A stretch of 64,000 bases of DNA from Phoronis australis. Lineage: Eukaryota > Animalia > Phoronida. The notes beneath the pieces are model-generated. The model did not search any database. It saw only the letters and a list, made by a program, of their open reading frames with translations, and had not been told where the DNA came from. Position numbers and translations under genes: made by a program. Below are positions 24,321 to 39,200 of this stretch, piece after piece. The DNA is taken from positions 275,200 through 339,199 of the forward strand of contig NMRA01000304.1 in assembly GCA_002633005.1 (NCBI GenBank), written 5' to 3'. Positions within the stretch are counted from its first letter, which is position 1. Each line of letters starts with the position of its first letter.

Positions 24321-24351
24321 NNNNNNNNNNNNNNNNNNNNNNNNNNNNNNN
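24321..24351. other. Assembly gap
   Basis: Run of N. Confidence 1.
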
Positions 24352-24479
24352 TCTAAATCAATTTTAATCGATTTAAAAATCGATATCATACCAGTAAAAC
24401 AGTTTGTGGTTGAAGTAGAGTTGCTGTAAACCACTTTCCACTATTTTCTTGGCCTTTTTCTGTGTGGTTTTCTGTCCTT

Positions 24480-24658
24480 TCAAAAGGCGGCAGCACATGA
24501 CGACCATAGGTGTCATTATAAAATGGCTGCCGAAAACCAATGCACAGTTGAACAACTCGGCTTAAGTAAAAGAAAACGTTTGAATCAACGAATACTATAT
24601 ATTTGTGAGAGTTAAATCAAGTCCTATTCAGATCATAACTTTGAAGTGGAATAATTGG
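24480..24658 (+). promoter_or_regulatory. Candidate MMS22L promoter / 5' non-coding exon
   Basis: YY1-like AAAATGGCTGCC at 24520-24531 and a strong donor GG|GTGAGT at 24659. The first coding exon is preceded by an acceptor (27205-27206), so an upstream exon is expected. Confidence 0.35.
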
Positions 24659-27222
24659 GTGAGTAAGACAACAAGCCGGTTTTATGCTTAGGCGGACGAC
24701 TATAGGGTTTCGGAGTGTATAACCCTGAATCATGGGAGCTTATTTCGATCTGTTAGTACATGCCTTTAGTATAACGTTACTTATGATGTATGCTAGAGGT
24801 ATGCTTTAAAAGAAGGGGTAGATCGAAACATAAAACTCTAGGGCTAGAGTCCTATAATCGAAATAAACGTCCGCGTGGTTTGTCGAATGTTGATGTTTCG
24901 GTGGCGAAAAAGGCAGCCACCAGAGGTCCCGTCTGTGCAGATCTAATATGGCGGGAGTTTCGTGTCCTGCGATCGAAGTTGACTTGGAGAAAAGCTGGTG
25001 AAAAGAACGGTCTAGAAGGTTATTTTGCTATACTGCCTTATATATTTGATATTTTTTACTGATAAGTCCACTGATTTATGATATTCTTTCCTCTCACACC
25101 TTACTGTCGTGTGTAAGGTCATCTTTAGGCACATAGCAAAAATCGAGTTAGTCAGTGCACATGCTGCAGTCGACTCAGAGTTGGAATCAGTGCCACGTGC
25201 TTGTATATAACTCGGACCACTTAATCCATGATACCCTGCCGATGTGGACCTGTTATTCACTTTATGAAACTGGTTCTATAAACCCATGTCGTGAACACAT
25301 CCACTACCACAAGAAAATAGAGGAACACCCCATTTATCCACTTTCGCTCTTATCAGGCTTCTATTGTGAGTCAGCATGCGTGAATAATTGGCTGCTAAGC
25401 CACCTGTAGAACTAATTTTGGCTGAATGGATGACCAGGCCATAAAATGATAATATTAGCCAAGACCTTGCTGCATGGAATAGTTAATACCTTCATGGCAA
25501 TTTCGAAAGAGTGGGTATCTTAATCTAACCTTGGTGGAAAGCTGTATACTGTATTGACCCTAATAAAGGCCAGGGGCACTTAAAAAAAAATCATTTCAAG
25601 GAGGGGACCCTTATTGTAGCCTAAGGCAGTTGAAACCTGGTTTCCGAAACGGGTAAAATCGGAAGCTAGGATTCATCAAATTTACACTCTGTGACGTATT
25701 TGTAGCCTATGACAGTCTTTCTACAAAACTGTTGTGCATTGCTATCAAACTCCGTTATGATCATTTTTCAAAAAAATGTGCTGAAATCCCAGGGCGAAAA
25801 CTTGCCGACTGATACGTCGCTGAATCGCGATTGTCGATAGAAAAACTTGAATTCTTGAATAAAAATACAGTTTCGACTCAACAAATTACCTGAAATCCTC
25901 TTTATGTTTTACAATTTTTTAAGTTCATGTGGAGTCCAGATTAATTGCATGTGTTCCAAAATATAAATAACATACAGGAAAGTTCTATATTATCCTAACT
26001 TGGGTCCTATATTTTTGTATTCGTGCGTGCCGAATGAAAGTAATCGTGAGTGTTGCTGTGTTGCTAAATCTCGTATTCTGGGCCGATTTGAAAAATTCAA
26101 TTTTTTTTCTCCTCTTTTCAAATATTACACTCAAAACTACGTAAAACGCTCTCCATAAAAAAATACGGTCATCTAGGCTAGATTGTAATCAGCTGATCGT
26201 ATCCTCATGAGCGAAGCCAATTATCCTCGCTGGTGACTCGATGAATAGAGCAACTAAGCGGGATCCCTTTGATCTTGAGCTGAGCGCGTCACAGCCAAGG
26301 TGGATAAATATGGTCTAGTTCAATCGGCCAAACCCCACCGTTTTCCTTGATCGGCGGGGTTTGGGGCAATCTCATTTAGTGGGAATGTTTATGGCATGCA
26401 GAGACTGCTATCTCCAACCAATGCTGACTACATGTAGTGGTCCCACTTTTAAACTAGCATAACTAGGCCTACTGCAATTTGTAGGGTTAACCTATATCAT
26501 AATTTTGGCATCCATATGTCCACAAGATGTAGGGGAAGTTCGGGTAAATTCTTATCCTCAGTGGGTAACCCGTTCAGTTACATCATCAAGATCAACCCTG
26601 ACACCTTCCAGTTCCAGTGACATTATGATGCAGCGTTTCTTATTCCAAGTAAATGGGCAATCACCAGCAGCTTGTACAATTTTAGCCTCTTGATTAATTA
26701 TCTTTTAGGTGACACCATTAAGATCTAGGAAAATTGTTTTATTATATCATGCAAGGTTTTGCAGAAATTCTATAGAGTTTGTGGATATACATATAGGGTG
26801 AAAAGGTGTTGAAAATGGGAAAGCCAAGACTGAGTTAAACTTGTATTCCTTTCTGCATTTTATCTGTCTAAATTATCTGGAAATCACACTTGTTGCACTT
26901 TGTCTGTGTGAATTATTTAAAATATTTTGATTGCCTTCTGACTGCTTTGACAAAGTGTTATGTTAGGAATGAAGTTTAATTCAAGGGTTGAAGTTAAGAG
27001 TTATCAACATTGGACGATGATCTTGACCATGTGTACACTGTACGCAGATTTACCATTGAGACTTTCGTTTTAACATCTTTCGGTATTGGCTCGTTACATA
27101 CCATAGGAAAAAAATTAGCTTCAGTGTATCTTTAAACTTTTGTTGACGATTGTTATTGTGTTCTGACTGTACCAACAAGTCGTAGCATACTGTTCTTCAT
27201 CACCAGGTGGTCGATTGCAGTC

Positions 27223-30200
27223 ATGTTTGAACCAGATTCATTGGAGGAGAGCTGCTCCATGACTCCTCCCTTGTCACCTGTCAGTCTTCAGGCTGAACCA
27301 ATGGATATCCAGGAGGATGGTCGAGTTGATGAATTAATTATCGGAGGTAAGAAACTGCCTGGGTGCATTTGAATTTAATGGTGGCTGTGCAGAAAAAGGG
27401 AGCTGACGTGCCTTTTCATGTGAATCAGATTTGCCGAGGCCATAGCCCCTTCCATTGGATGAAACCTGCTTGTAAAATTCATAAAAAGCTCTGCTATTTG
27501 TCACCAGGTTCATCGAGAGAGAGCATTGTTTTCAAGCTTGCCAGTTCATGTTAAGAATTTGTTCCCGCAAGTCAAAGAAATTAAAGTTTTACACCCAAAC
27601 TGTGTGAACCAAATGTGCTACACCTTGCCATTAAGTTGGTTCTCTTGGTGCCTTTAACTTACCTTTGTTCCTCTTGTCGGTGCTCACGCTAATCACATTG
27701 AAGTTCTTCAAGTGTTTTTAACGAGTGTGATGATAGCGCATGCCTCAAGAATCGTTCGTTCATTAAAAATATTATATTATTCAATGCACAGAGATTGAGA
27801 TTCACTTTGGATTACTGAATTTTTGTACAACAGTTGCTTACATATTCTTACATACACCCAGAAGCATGTTGCACACAATATCACGTGCTGAGGTAGTTAA
27901 ATAAATGTAAAATGGAAATTGGTCTTGAGAAAACAGCCACGGGGGATTGGAGGCTTTTTTCACGTAGTCTTCAGGTAAAAGATAGTCATATTGGAAAAAT
28001 ATGAGGAATTGGTTGGGAATTTTCATCTCCCTCTCATTCATGGTTTTCCAATGAAAGATAACAGGCACATTATTGGACTTGAACATCATTTTTATCTATT
28101 CTGATATTCATTTGTATCATGTGATAATGCTTCAGATGTATCACCTGTCAAAGCCGGTGTGTGTTTCAACTGTTGTGGTGAACCTGACAGCTCAAGAACG
28201 GATGACCTGCATTGTGAAGGCCCTCTGAAGCAGAATGAACTTGCTGGGTAATTATTTATTCAGTTGTTGTTATGTTCAGACAGACCGTTTCCTTAACATA
28301 AGTTGCTCCTGTCCAGTAACATCATTATCAGGCTTAACTGTGTAGCTGCGTTCCATAGCGTTGCTGCTATGGCGACTTGCCTCGTGTTCTTATTGTCATG
28401 TTCGTCTTGACACTGATAACAGGCTTGTGGTGTGGATGTTTAGCTGATTGTCAATATGTTGTCCTTAGGGGAACTTGTGCATGTTCACATGTCCGTCTGG
28501 ACACTGTTCACGTTATAAATTAAGGCAAAAATCCAATGAGACATACAACTGCGACTTTGATAAACATGTGGCTTCTTGATAATGTATTCAACAATAGCAT
28601 GTCAACACGAAATTTCAAAAGTAAATGTTACTAACAGAATGTTTTTGATTTGGCTGAGTGTTGTCAGGTGGTTGAAATTAATTGATACTTGACTGATAAA
28701 TGTTCACGGCATTAAAATGCTACGATGGCATCCAACTAGCAAAACATGCAAACCTGTGACATTTGATGGGTGAATAAAAGATTTAAGGTACATTATTGTT
28801 CAATTAAAAATGTACAGTCTCACTAAAATGTGAATACACAAATGAAGTACTAATTTACAAACAATCCTGGTCCCTCCAGTTTGCCGCAAACCATCCGAGA
28901 ACCAGATACCATTACAATCTTGTGAAAGTCTCGTTTGCGAGAGTATTTTTATGTAAATGAGTATGGTAATATTTCATGATTACCCTAATGAAACAAAACA
29001 TATTTTTATTTATTTCACTCTCAAGTAACGATTGCATAATATTTGGAATTAATGGGGTTTTTATATGTTCACACTTGTTTTTATGCGCCCACATATTTAT
29101 ATGTGGACGCATTATGCCGTCATCTCTGTCCGTCCGTCCGTCCGCCCGGGCGGCGTCCGTCCGGCGTCTGGCGTCCGGCGTCCGCTGCTCTATCTCCAAA
29201 ACTTTTTGACATACGTTCATGAAATTTGGCACATATGTTCCATTCATGAATGGGACGGCATGTGCGAACTTTCGGACGGATCCGACTACCGGTGTGCCCC
29301 CTAGTGGCAATTTTAGTTTTTTACGCTTACCTTTGTATCTTCAAAAGTCCTGAACGGATTTTCATGAAATTTGGTNNNNNNNNNNNNNNNNNNNNNNNNN
29401 NNNNNNNNNNNNNNNNNNNNNNNNNNNNNNNNNNNNNNNNNNNNNNNNNNNNNNNNNNNNNNNNNNNNNNNNNNNNNNNNNNNNNNNNNNNNNNNNNNNN
29501 NNNNNNNNNNNNNNNNNNNNNNNNNNNNNNNNNNNNNNNNNNNNNNNNNNNNNNNNNNNNNNNNNNNNNNNNNNNNNNNNNNNNNNNNNNNNNNNNNNNN
29601 NNNNNNNNNNNNNNNNNNNNNNNNNNNNNNNNNNNNNNNNNNNNNNNNNNNNNNNNNNNNNNNNNNNNNNNNNNNNNNNNNNNNNNNNNNNNNNNNNNNN
29701 NNNNNNNNNNNNNNNNNNNNNNNNNNNNNNNNNNNNNNNNNNNNNNNNNNNNNNNNNNNNNNNNNNNNNNNNNNNNNNNNNNNNNNNNNNNNNNNNNNNN
29801 NNNNNNNNNNNNNNNNNNNNNNNNNNNNNNNNNNNNNNNNNNNNNNNNNNNNNNNNNNNNNNNNNNNNNNNNNNNNNNNNNNNNNNNNNNNNNNNNNNNN
29901 NNNNNNNNNNNNNNNNNNNNNNNNNNNNNNNNNNNNNNNNNNNNNNNNNNNNNNNNNNNNNNNTTAAGTGTATCCGTTGTGGTGTTTTCTTTAAAACCGT
30001 ATTTTGTTTACAAATTGTTTCTTTTCCTGATACTTGATTATACTTGTACACACAGTTCTTCAGGAAGTCACTAGGTGGTGCTTGCTACAATTTTAAATAT
30101 TTACGGTTTTAATAAAACATAGTGTCTTTAAACTGGTTGTAGATTGTTTGAAACCAGTGAGGCTGATTGGTCAGAACTTACCACTGAATTGTTCGGGCAG

Positions 30201-33200
30201 CACTTTGTCACTGACGTCGCTCTTCAAGACAATTTGGACACCTTATATTACTTAGCGAAGTAAGTTCACTTTAAATTTTAATTTACTGCTGTAAACAAAA
30301 AAATTGCTTATGATGCCAGTAGTCAGCAAGAAAGACGAATGCTAATTGTTTGGTCTGTATGTTAAGGCTAATTCAGTTTATCTTTAATTGTCTCATTTCC
30401 TTGTATTAGTTGTTACTGGCACGACGGTGTGAGGATGGGATAGGCCTAGCCTGCCATTTGTATTAGATGACAATGAACGTCATGTTTTTGGCCTGCTACT
30501 AGACAAATTCTTGAGACACAATTATAATGAGTTAATTAGCTCTTGACAGTCATAGGAGCCATCTTCAGAAGGTAATGGCCACTAGATGGGGGTGATGAAC
30601 AGGCTGTTGCGATACCTGTTCATGACACTGGCAGTGTTAAAAGACCCTCTCTAAACCAATAATTCAACTGGTATCTGTAGTTTCAACCTCATTAACGTTT
30701 TGACCTCTCTTCAAATGGTTGTTTTAATTTGTTAAACCTTCACGCTAATGTAAAATATCAGCAAGAGTTCTTTTCTTTGTCAAATGTCAAATGTTTGACA
30801 TAAGGTGATCTGATGGACCAACAAAACCATGAGAATCACCTTGATACTGTTATGTACAGTCTAACTGGTGCCGTTGATGTAGCTAGCAATCCGCCTCCTC
30901 TTCGACTAACAACAACATTAAAAAAATCACCTGTGTTTCAAAAAGGTGATCCATGAACTGCTATGTATCTCCTGTTAAGTTGCATCTTTATGTGCCCCAT
31001 TACAACAATTTCTTCACACTTGACCAGTGAAAACATGTTGTTTAAGAGACGTTTCATTCGTTTTGCCTTTGTTTATTCACAGGAAGGAGCTGAACCGTTT
31101 GGACTCACTGTCTAGCAGACAAAACCTTGTTGACTTTTTGTGTTTCTTGAGAAGAGGAGTGTCCAGGTATTTCAGTTCATTGTTAATGTTACGTAAATCA
31201 AGCGTCAGCCATTGGACTGGACTCCAATTATTTTCAGAATGTTCGATTGAGATTACTTAATTCTAGACATTTGCCTGATTTATTTCTGGAAATAGTGTGC
31301 TCCGAATTTGCTCCCTTTGCCCCTCGTATTTGGTGCAAACTTGACGATTTATGTCAAAGAAACTCTCTGTTTGAAAGTTGTTGTGCATTTCTCTTTTGCC
31401 AATCAATTTGGGCCAAAGTTTAGTCAACATACTCCAGTGGCAAATTTTGTCAAGCTGATTTTCAAAATTTCCTAACAGATTTTGTCACCTCAGGACCAAT
31501 GTCCTGGATCTAGAGAAAGCAAAATCTCTGCCAATGTTGTGTCCTACTTTTTTACAATGTAAGTGCCATAAGGAACTTTCCAAATGATATGTGTCATGGC
31601 AAGCATGCTGAAATTTACAATTTAATATTAAAGATGGGATTTGAAAGCATACTACAATAAAATGTCACCTATTTCTAACAAATATAATTACCAAAATTGA
31701 TCTTTACCATTTTTCAAAGTCTTGTTTGTAATGTGAGCGTCCCCAATTTTTCAAAATATTATCTAATGGCAGCTATAGTATGGAACATGAAAAGAATAAC
31801 AGGTGACTTTCGAAATAGCCTCGCCATATTGAAATTCACTAACCTGCCAGGTGGCGATCAGGTCTTTGGTGTACAAGCGTTCAGCGCCACCCATGTAATG
31901 CGGACGGGAGGTTTTAACCTTCTGGTTTAAAAAGTATTTTAATACATTTCCTGTCATTATAATGTTGGTAAATTTTCACTTCTGTGCGATGGGATGTACT
32001 GATGTCTTAAGAAAAAAAAAACAAACCTTTTGAAATATAAATGAATGAACAAGGACATCGTGTTCCATACATTTCCCAAAGACATATTCGTGACAATGCC
32101 AGTGACTGCGGCTGATAAAGAGGGATAATTTCGATCCCAGCAGGCGTCAAAAACCTAAAATAAATTAGTGGACTTAAAATAATAAAACAGTGAAAGATGC
32201 TGACAGTGAAATTTATTCTTCTACTTTTATATGAATGAACCATTATGTAGTTATTGAATTTCCGTCCACCAAATCCGAGTTGGGTTCAATGGTAAGCCAC
32301 TTTCGTGCTCTAATTACTCTAGAGAGCTCCAATATGAAAAGTCTCCTATTGATTTATTGTAGTAGTGCATTTATACAACACAAAACTAAAAATCCAATTA
32401 GCAGTTACCTTAAACTTGTGTACGGCACTACGCGCATAGCACTGTAAAGCCATCTCAATGTTTACGATTTATTTTTCTGTTACCTAATTTTTATTTCATG
32501 TCTTTATTCAGTGATTAATGGGAAAGGTTATGGGACAAGATTGTGAAATAAACAATCAAACTTGTGTCTCATTTGTGAGGCTGAAAATCACTAAGATAAT
32601 TGTGAAGAGTAAATATTCAGTGAAATGAGACGTGTAATTTTACTGTTTTTGTTCAGCCAAGAAGTTGAAAGTGAAGTTATTCCCAGGGTGGTAACACGGT
32701 TACAGCAACTGCTGCTGCACACTGGACGGTTAAGGGATCTGCCTTGTGTGGAGAACATCGCCACCAAGCAAGGAAACTTGGTAAATGCATGCATAGCCAC
32801 AGTGTTAGGCTCAGTGCCGACGGAGAGCCATGAGCTCAGGTGGCTGACTGGAGTGAATGTTAGCTGAGCACATAGCTCACTTTAGTGGTGAAAACAGAAC
32901 AGCAATTGAATGAACTGGCTGGTAGTTCGTTCTATTATTCACGCCTTGGGTACTAAGGAGTTACCAGACACTAAGTCAGGGTTTCGGTGGTAAAACATGG
33001 GTGATTTTTAATTGACACAGTTGTCCGAAATGAAAATTTGCTATAAGACGTTCTTGTAAGAAAATTAATGTCACAAAATACTAGAAATGAGGAAAATTCT
33101 AGTTCATCCATTCCCAACTGGGTGTATCAAACAAAATTGGAGAGATGTCAAGCAAAAGTATTTTTTGTGCCATCACTACGCTTAAGTGTTGTACGTCATA

Positions 33201-36200
33201 TCTAGACGTGGCCAAGTCACCAAACAGGGCCCATGTTTGTTTAGTGACAAACTCTTTCACTACCAAATGCATCTTTTGGTGAATTACCCATTTACTGCCA
33301 AATGCACCAATTGGTGAAATGTGTGCTTGCTCGTTCTTGACCTTGTTAATCTTAAATTACACGGGAGATAAATACTAACTACAGCCAGGTAGTTGTACCA
33401 AATCCCGAATGAATGTCACACATTTGCGCGTTGTTTCAGAGTACACAGACTTCGTACCACACTGTGCATGGCTTCTTTGACGTTCAGTGGAACATCCTAC
33501 AGCTTCTGCATGTCATCACTTCCAAGTACCCTGGTGAGTGACATGTGGGCGTGTCAACATTGTACTCTTCACTAACTGACATTTGAACTTCTCGCTACTT
33601 TATTTTGTTCAGGGGTGGCGGTATACACCGCCTGTCTTACAAGTACTGGTCAAAGCAGATTTTTTTTAGACTGCCGTGCTGAGTGTGATCCCTAGAATGA
33701 TTTCTGTGCCACCTATTGTGAAAAACTGTGAATAAATCAATTGTTTCAATCTGTGCATGTGTTCTGACATGGTTTATTGTAACCAGTGGAAGTTCATTCA
33801 CTTTTCTTGCCATTTTACATTTCTTTTGGATAGTGTTGTGCACTAGCCTGTAGTTTTGTTGTAGCTTCCATGAATAGCCCACTCATTTTAGCATTGCGCG
33901 TTACGTTTAAGACTGCTTTTCTTTTCCTCGTTTTCTCTGTCAAATCTGTATTCTGTTTATTTCAGACGACTGTTTACATGTCGACATCCAACTGTGTCCC
34001 CAGTTTGAAACAAGTGATATGGACGTGTTTTCTCAGGCGCTACACCTAGTTATTACTGACTTGATTATGGCTGCCCTTAATAGACACAATAATGTGAGTT
34101 TGATCTTGAGTTGGAACATTGTCCAGCAGTTAGATATAGCCTAGCTTTCCAAAACTGACAATACTCGCCAATATTTAGTCATGGTTAAAAACCATTAATG
34201 AATGAAAATTGGTTGTTAAACTTTGAATTGCAGTAAAACTTGCAGAAGTCAGGTCTTTGATAAATTCAGGCATAGCTCCACTGTATGGTTGTTTCGATTT
34301 TTTTAAAATGTTTATTATGAAAAATGTAATCTACAATAACTGGAATTAAGCCTTAGAAAGCACGATACCAGGATGTTTCTCTGATTCCTGCACACAGCCT
34401 TTCAGACAACTCGTTAATTGCCTTACTTATTAAATTAATATAAATTTGATTGATGATGCGAACATTTAATACATTTAAAAGAGTCGGCATTATGATTACC
34501 ATTGTTAGACTGTACAAGTTTAACCTTCACCACAATTATGAATAATAGTCTGAAATGCCTGAAAAAGTTTTTGTGGTGTCCATTCAACTTGCAAAAATCT
34601 AAAAAGTAGACTCCATGCCAGAAGAACATGAGAAAAACTAGGAAATATTGAAAATTCATTTGATGTAAATTCATGGAAAATCTCTTGAAATGAATTAAAA
34701 AGTTCTCTTGGAAGTCGGGTTAAGAGATCTTGCATTCAGTTATGATCGACAACAGTTATAAGTACGAGTTACTTCTAGTTACTTTTTTGTGAAATAATGA
34801 GTCTAAATTGAAAATGAAATCTTGGAAAATGAAAAACGATTTGGCTGGGGACTGTGGTTTGGTGCTTTGATTGGCATATTTGTTACATCGATATTTTTGT
34901 GTCGATCTGGTTATCGTAAGGTGTGTGTGAGAAGATCTTGCCGTTCATGTATTGAAGAAGCTGTGTTATGATAGCACCTGGCGTGATTCTTACACTAATG
35001 TTCTCATGTCTCCCTAGTTATCGTACAGCGTATATTACAGACTTCACCCTTCATGTATTGAAGAAGCTGTGTTATGATAGCACCTGGCGGGATTCTTACA
35101 CTAATGTTCTCCTGTCTCCCTAGTTATCGTACAGCGTATATCACCAGACTTCACCCTTCATGTATTGAAGAAGCTGTGTTATGATAGCACCTGGCGGGAT
35201 TCTTACACTAATGTTCTCCTGTCTCCCTAGTTATCGTACAGCGTATATCACCAGACTTCACCCTTCATGTGTACGTGTATGAAGGAACTATGGATAATGA
35301 TCATACAGCTTGCTAATCACAGACACGACCACATGGGAAGAGAGGTAAGCAAGTCAGCACGCCACCTCTGGGCCACATCTCGTGACCAGACTTCAAAATG
35401 CTAAGAATTTACATTGGCACACTGGTTTAAGGTTCACAAACGTTACCTTTTAGGAAGGCGTTTTAGGTAATTTGGTATAGTTTGAACCCTATTAGGTTGA
35501 TTTCTATAAAAATGAAATTAAATGAAAACAATTTCTCAACCTTAAGTTTGATTCAGTGAGCAAGTTAAGTGAAGGTGAGCTGTACCCTCTTATTTTTTTT
35601 GGTCTTATATCCATGATCTTTTACAGAGAACATACCAATTGACTAAAAATTCCTTCAAAAAAAGGTAGCATTTGCTTTAGGGTGTGTGGGAGGTCTGGCA
35701 CCACTCAATAGTTGTTTTACTGGTTGATGGAGCAGAAAAATCTTGTGCGTGTAAATATGTGATGGACATGCCAAGCTAGACGACTTGTTGGGGAAACCTG
35801 TTGGCGACTGGGTAGGGGACTGGTGGGCGAAAAGGGGTTTGCAGGGTATAGGCAACTTGGTGATTTGAGGAGAAAGGTCAATGAGTTAGGATTTAATTTG
35901 TGTTGTTTACTTCTAGTCTTTCTGGGTCTGTCTTCAGCATGTTCTGAACACAGTGTTAGAGTCAATGGACATTGAACCAGTGGAGGACTTGCAAGGTATG
36001 TCATTGTATTACGCTCATAGGAATGCCTGTGTCAACTGCTTAGTCAGCAATTGTCTGATATAATGCGCTCACATTTTGAGAACCATTTTCATCTCCTATA
36101 TTCAGTAGAGAAAACTGGTTCTCCAAATGAGGACACATATCTGACCATTACCCCGTAGTCCGCCTCGTGTAAGCAGTCTCAATGCAGAAGCCATATTCCT

Positions 36201-39200
36201 GAAAACTGAAGTATAGGAAAAGACAATTCTGGCAAATAATTCTGCATAAAATATCAAAAAAGTATTTTATGCAGTGATAGTCTGCATTCGAGGTATATTT
36301 GTACCAAAATTAAACAGAATGAACTAAACTTTCAGTGTACTGGAATTGATGCTTAATAGGTCACCGGGATGTTCGTCACAGTGACTATTAATTTACAGTT
36401 ACAAGTTAAGCTGCAGTCAATGAATGTGTGCTGAAATTTTACTATGCATAGCTAGGCAGGATTTATTTCAACACATTTCTGGCATCATAGGCTGTTTTGT
36501 GTAAGGTGTGGGGGGCATTTTCATGTTGCCTGGGTTCTCAGTGCCAAAGATCCAGTTCCCTTCTGCCTCCGGGTTTCCCTACATAATTGTTAGTTTGTTG
36601 CTATGGTAACTCATTCCAGATTCCCGAGTGTTCCAAGTGACCCAGTTTCTTCATCCCAAAGACCCAGTCGGCTTCTGCTTCTGGCTTCTGTCACACCTGG
36701 CTAACCTGTACGGCTATAACCAGAATGGAAAGTACCTGGGCGTGACCACTGCTGGTCACCGTAGCAACTACACAGTAATCAACAGTCTGATGAGACGACA
36801 TCTCGGTAGTGTAAGTATCACTTTGGTGTATGGCTTCTCTATTTGCTTGTATGAAATATGTTGTTTGGTTGATATGTCCGTAATTTGTGCCACGTGAAAT
36901 TAATAATGGGGGATGGTATTTTTAGTGAACCTGGGTTGCAAACTCTCTTTTTCAAAGATATTTGGGCTATGGGGAAGACTGGCAATACATAAATGCATAA
37001 TGGTTTAATGTCAAATCGCTGATGTTAGTTTGCTCCTGAAGATGTAATCTTCTGGTTTGACAGAGAAATGTTTCACAGGATTGAAGTTGCTCCTTAGTGA
37101 GGACATGGATACCTGTAACCATACCTCGAACGAAGGCATTTCGATTTTGGGCCAACTTGAGTAATTCTTAACTTATGGTATTGATACTCAAGATGTCTGT
37201 CTTCAAACTCGTGGTTTGGTTCGGTTATCTTACAAAATTTGCTGTTAGAAGATCCTGTTAATGAGGTTTTGTCTACCAAAACAGCAACCACTTGATGGGT
37301 TCATGGGCTTGCTTCATTATGGAGGTCACCAAAGTGAACTGACTGCAGTTTGTTGATCACTCATTATTTCTTGTTACAGTCAAACAACCGTCCTGACGAG
37401 GCTAGTCTGAGGTGCTTTCTTCGTTGTAGTTTGAGTTTATCTCACCAGTGGGAGCCCAACGTCGATCTGGTCAACTTGCTGTGGGACATGTTCTCCAAAC
37501 GCCTGGTAACGTGTCAGTTTCTGGCTGACGTGACATTAATTTAGAACAAAAATCTTTGATTATTTTATCCTTATGATGTCGTGTTCATAGCTTTGATACA
37601 GTACATGCCAAGAATATTGAGACTAAATGACTCAAAATTCCCCGTTATGGTGGCTGAGCAGAAGCCAAATTCTTCGTCAGAGTAGCCCCCCCTGTTGACC
37701 AGTGATGAAGGGAATTAACAGGAAAGTTTGATGACTGAGACATCCTGTAATTACAATTTTGCTGTCATAACAACTATTACCAGTCATCTTTGTCGTGAAC
37801 AAAATTAGCCGTCAGGACTAGAAAATAATTTTGGTTACTTTTGTCTTGTACTTTAACTTGGTGTCAAAGGTATGCCTCTTGTTCATTTTATGCTTATGAT
37901 TGAACGTTAGAATTTTGGAATACTCTTTAGATGTGGCCACCGCTCACAAGGTAACAGACTTCACTGTGGTGCCCTCTGTGGGTGGCAGACAGCTACTCGA
38001 ATGAACTAGAATTTCCAATCAGTTAATGATTTCCAGAATTTGACAGCGTTTATACATCACAGAACCCTGTTGATTTCTGGCTAAATCAACATGCGACAGG
38101 AGTTAAAATCATTGAAGTTTACTGTTGTGATCTCATGTTTGACCTCCTTTGGTTAATTAGTAAACAACTTCACATGTATTCTTACAGCCCCATTATCAAC
38201 CCAAATCACTCCCATTTGGTCATTAATTTATTTCTTGAGTTCTTGAATAGCAAGTTTATGCTCAACTTGGTGGGCCCCAACGGCTGGCTTGGAATTCAAT
38301 TCTAATATCTAGCTCAAAGGTTACTTCCACTAAATGACCTCTGTGTTGAGAGTGTTCCTGCATTTTTACTTTTTGTTTTAGAACGATACCTTCCCTTGTT
38401 CAAAGTATGGCGTTGAGGGTTTGGCGAAGCTTCAGAAATCTTCAGCTGGCTGGGTTGAAGAGTGCAAATCAAGGATGCAGTATCCAGTGAAGATGTACGT
38501 GATGTTACTGTTTTGTTAACTTGTTGATGTTTGAATTTGATGTTATGTTACTGAACTGTTGTAAAAAAATGGTCAAATTTGGGTAACTTTGTTACATCAT
38601 ATCTCAGAAATGGCTGATTGGATTCATATGAAACTTTCAGGGATACTGTGTTTTATGCACTGTTCTCGGTTAGAATCTGTTGCCTATGATCTATGGTTCG
38701 ACTTAATTTCCGTTTGACGTTAGAGCATCGAACATTAGTAACAGTTTATGCATTCAATTTTTCGTCAAACTGGTCATCATAATTTCCTGCTAAATTCTAT
38801 TATTTTCTTAAACCTAGAAGGAGTGTGCATCTCTGTGTAGATGTCCATGAGAAAGTGCTTCGTCCCTTGAACCACGAGTTGCGGGATTTTTTTGCAAGGG
38901 AATTGCACAACCCGGTACATTTTACAGGCACATGACTAAAAGCAACTCTTTTCCAGCTCAGAGACTGAGACTAGCTTCAGCCTGTTCCTGAGACTGCTCT
39001 CAATGCATTTACAGAAGTTCCTCCTGAGGAGAGGTTCACATGAGTGTAAACAGATCAACGGAAGGTGGGTGAGCCAAGTTATCATGATTCTAGAATACCG
39101 CGATTTCAAAGTTAATGCTGATAGAACACTTGGCTGCTTAGCTGGGGAAGTGGGGGAATGCACCAAAGTTTTTTTATTAGCTTAAAGTCGTAATAAAGCA

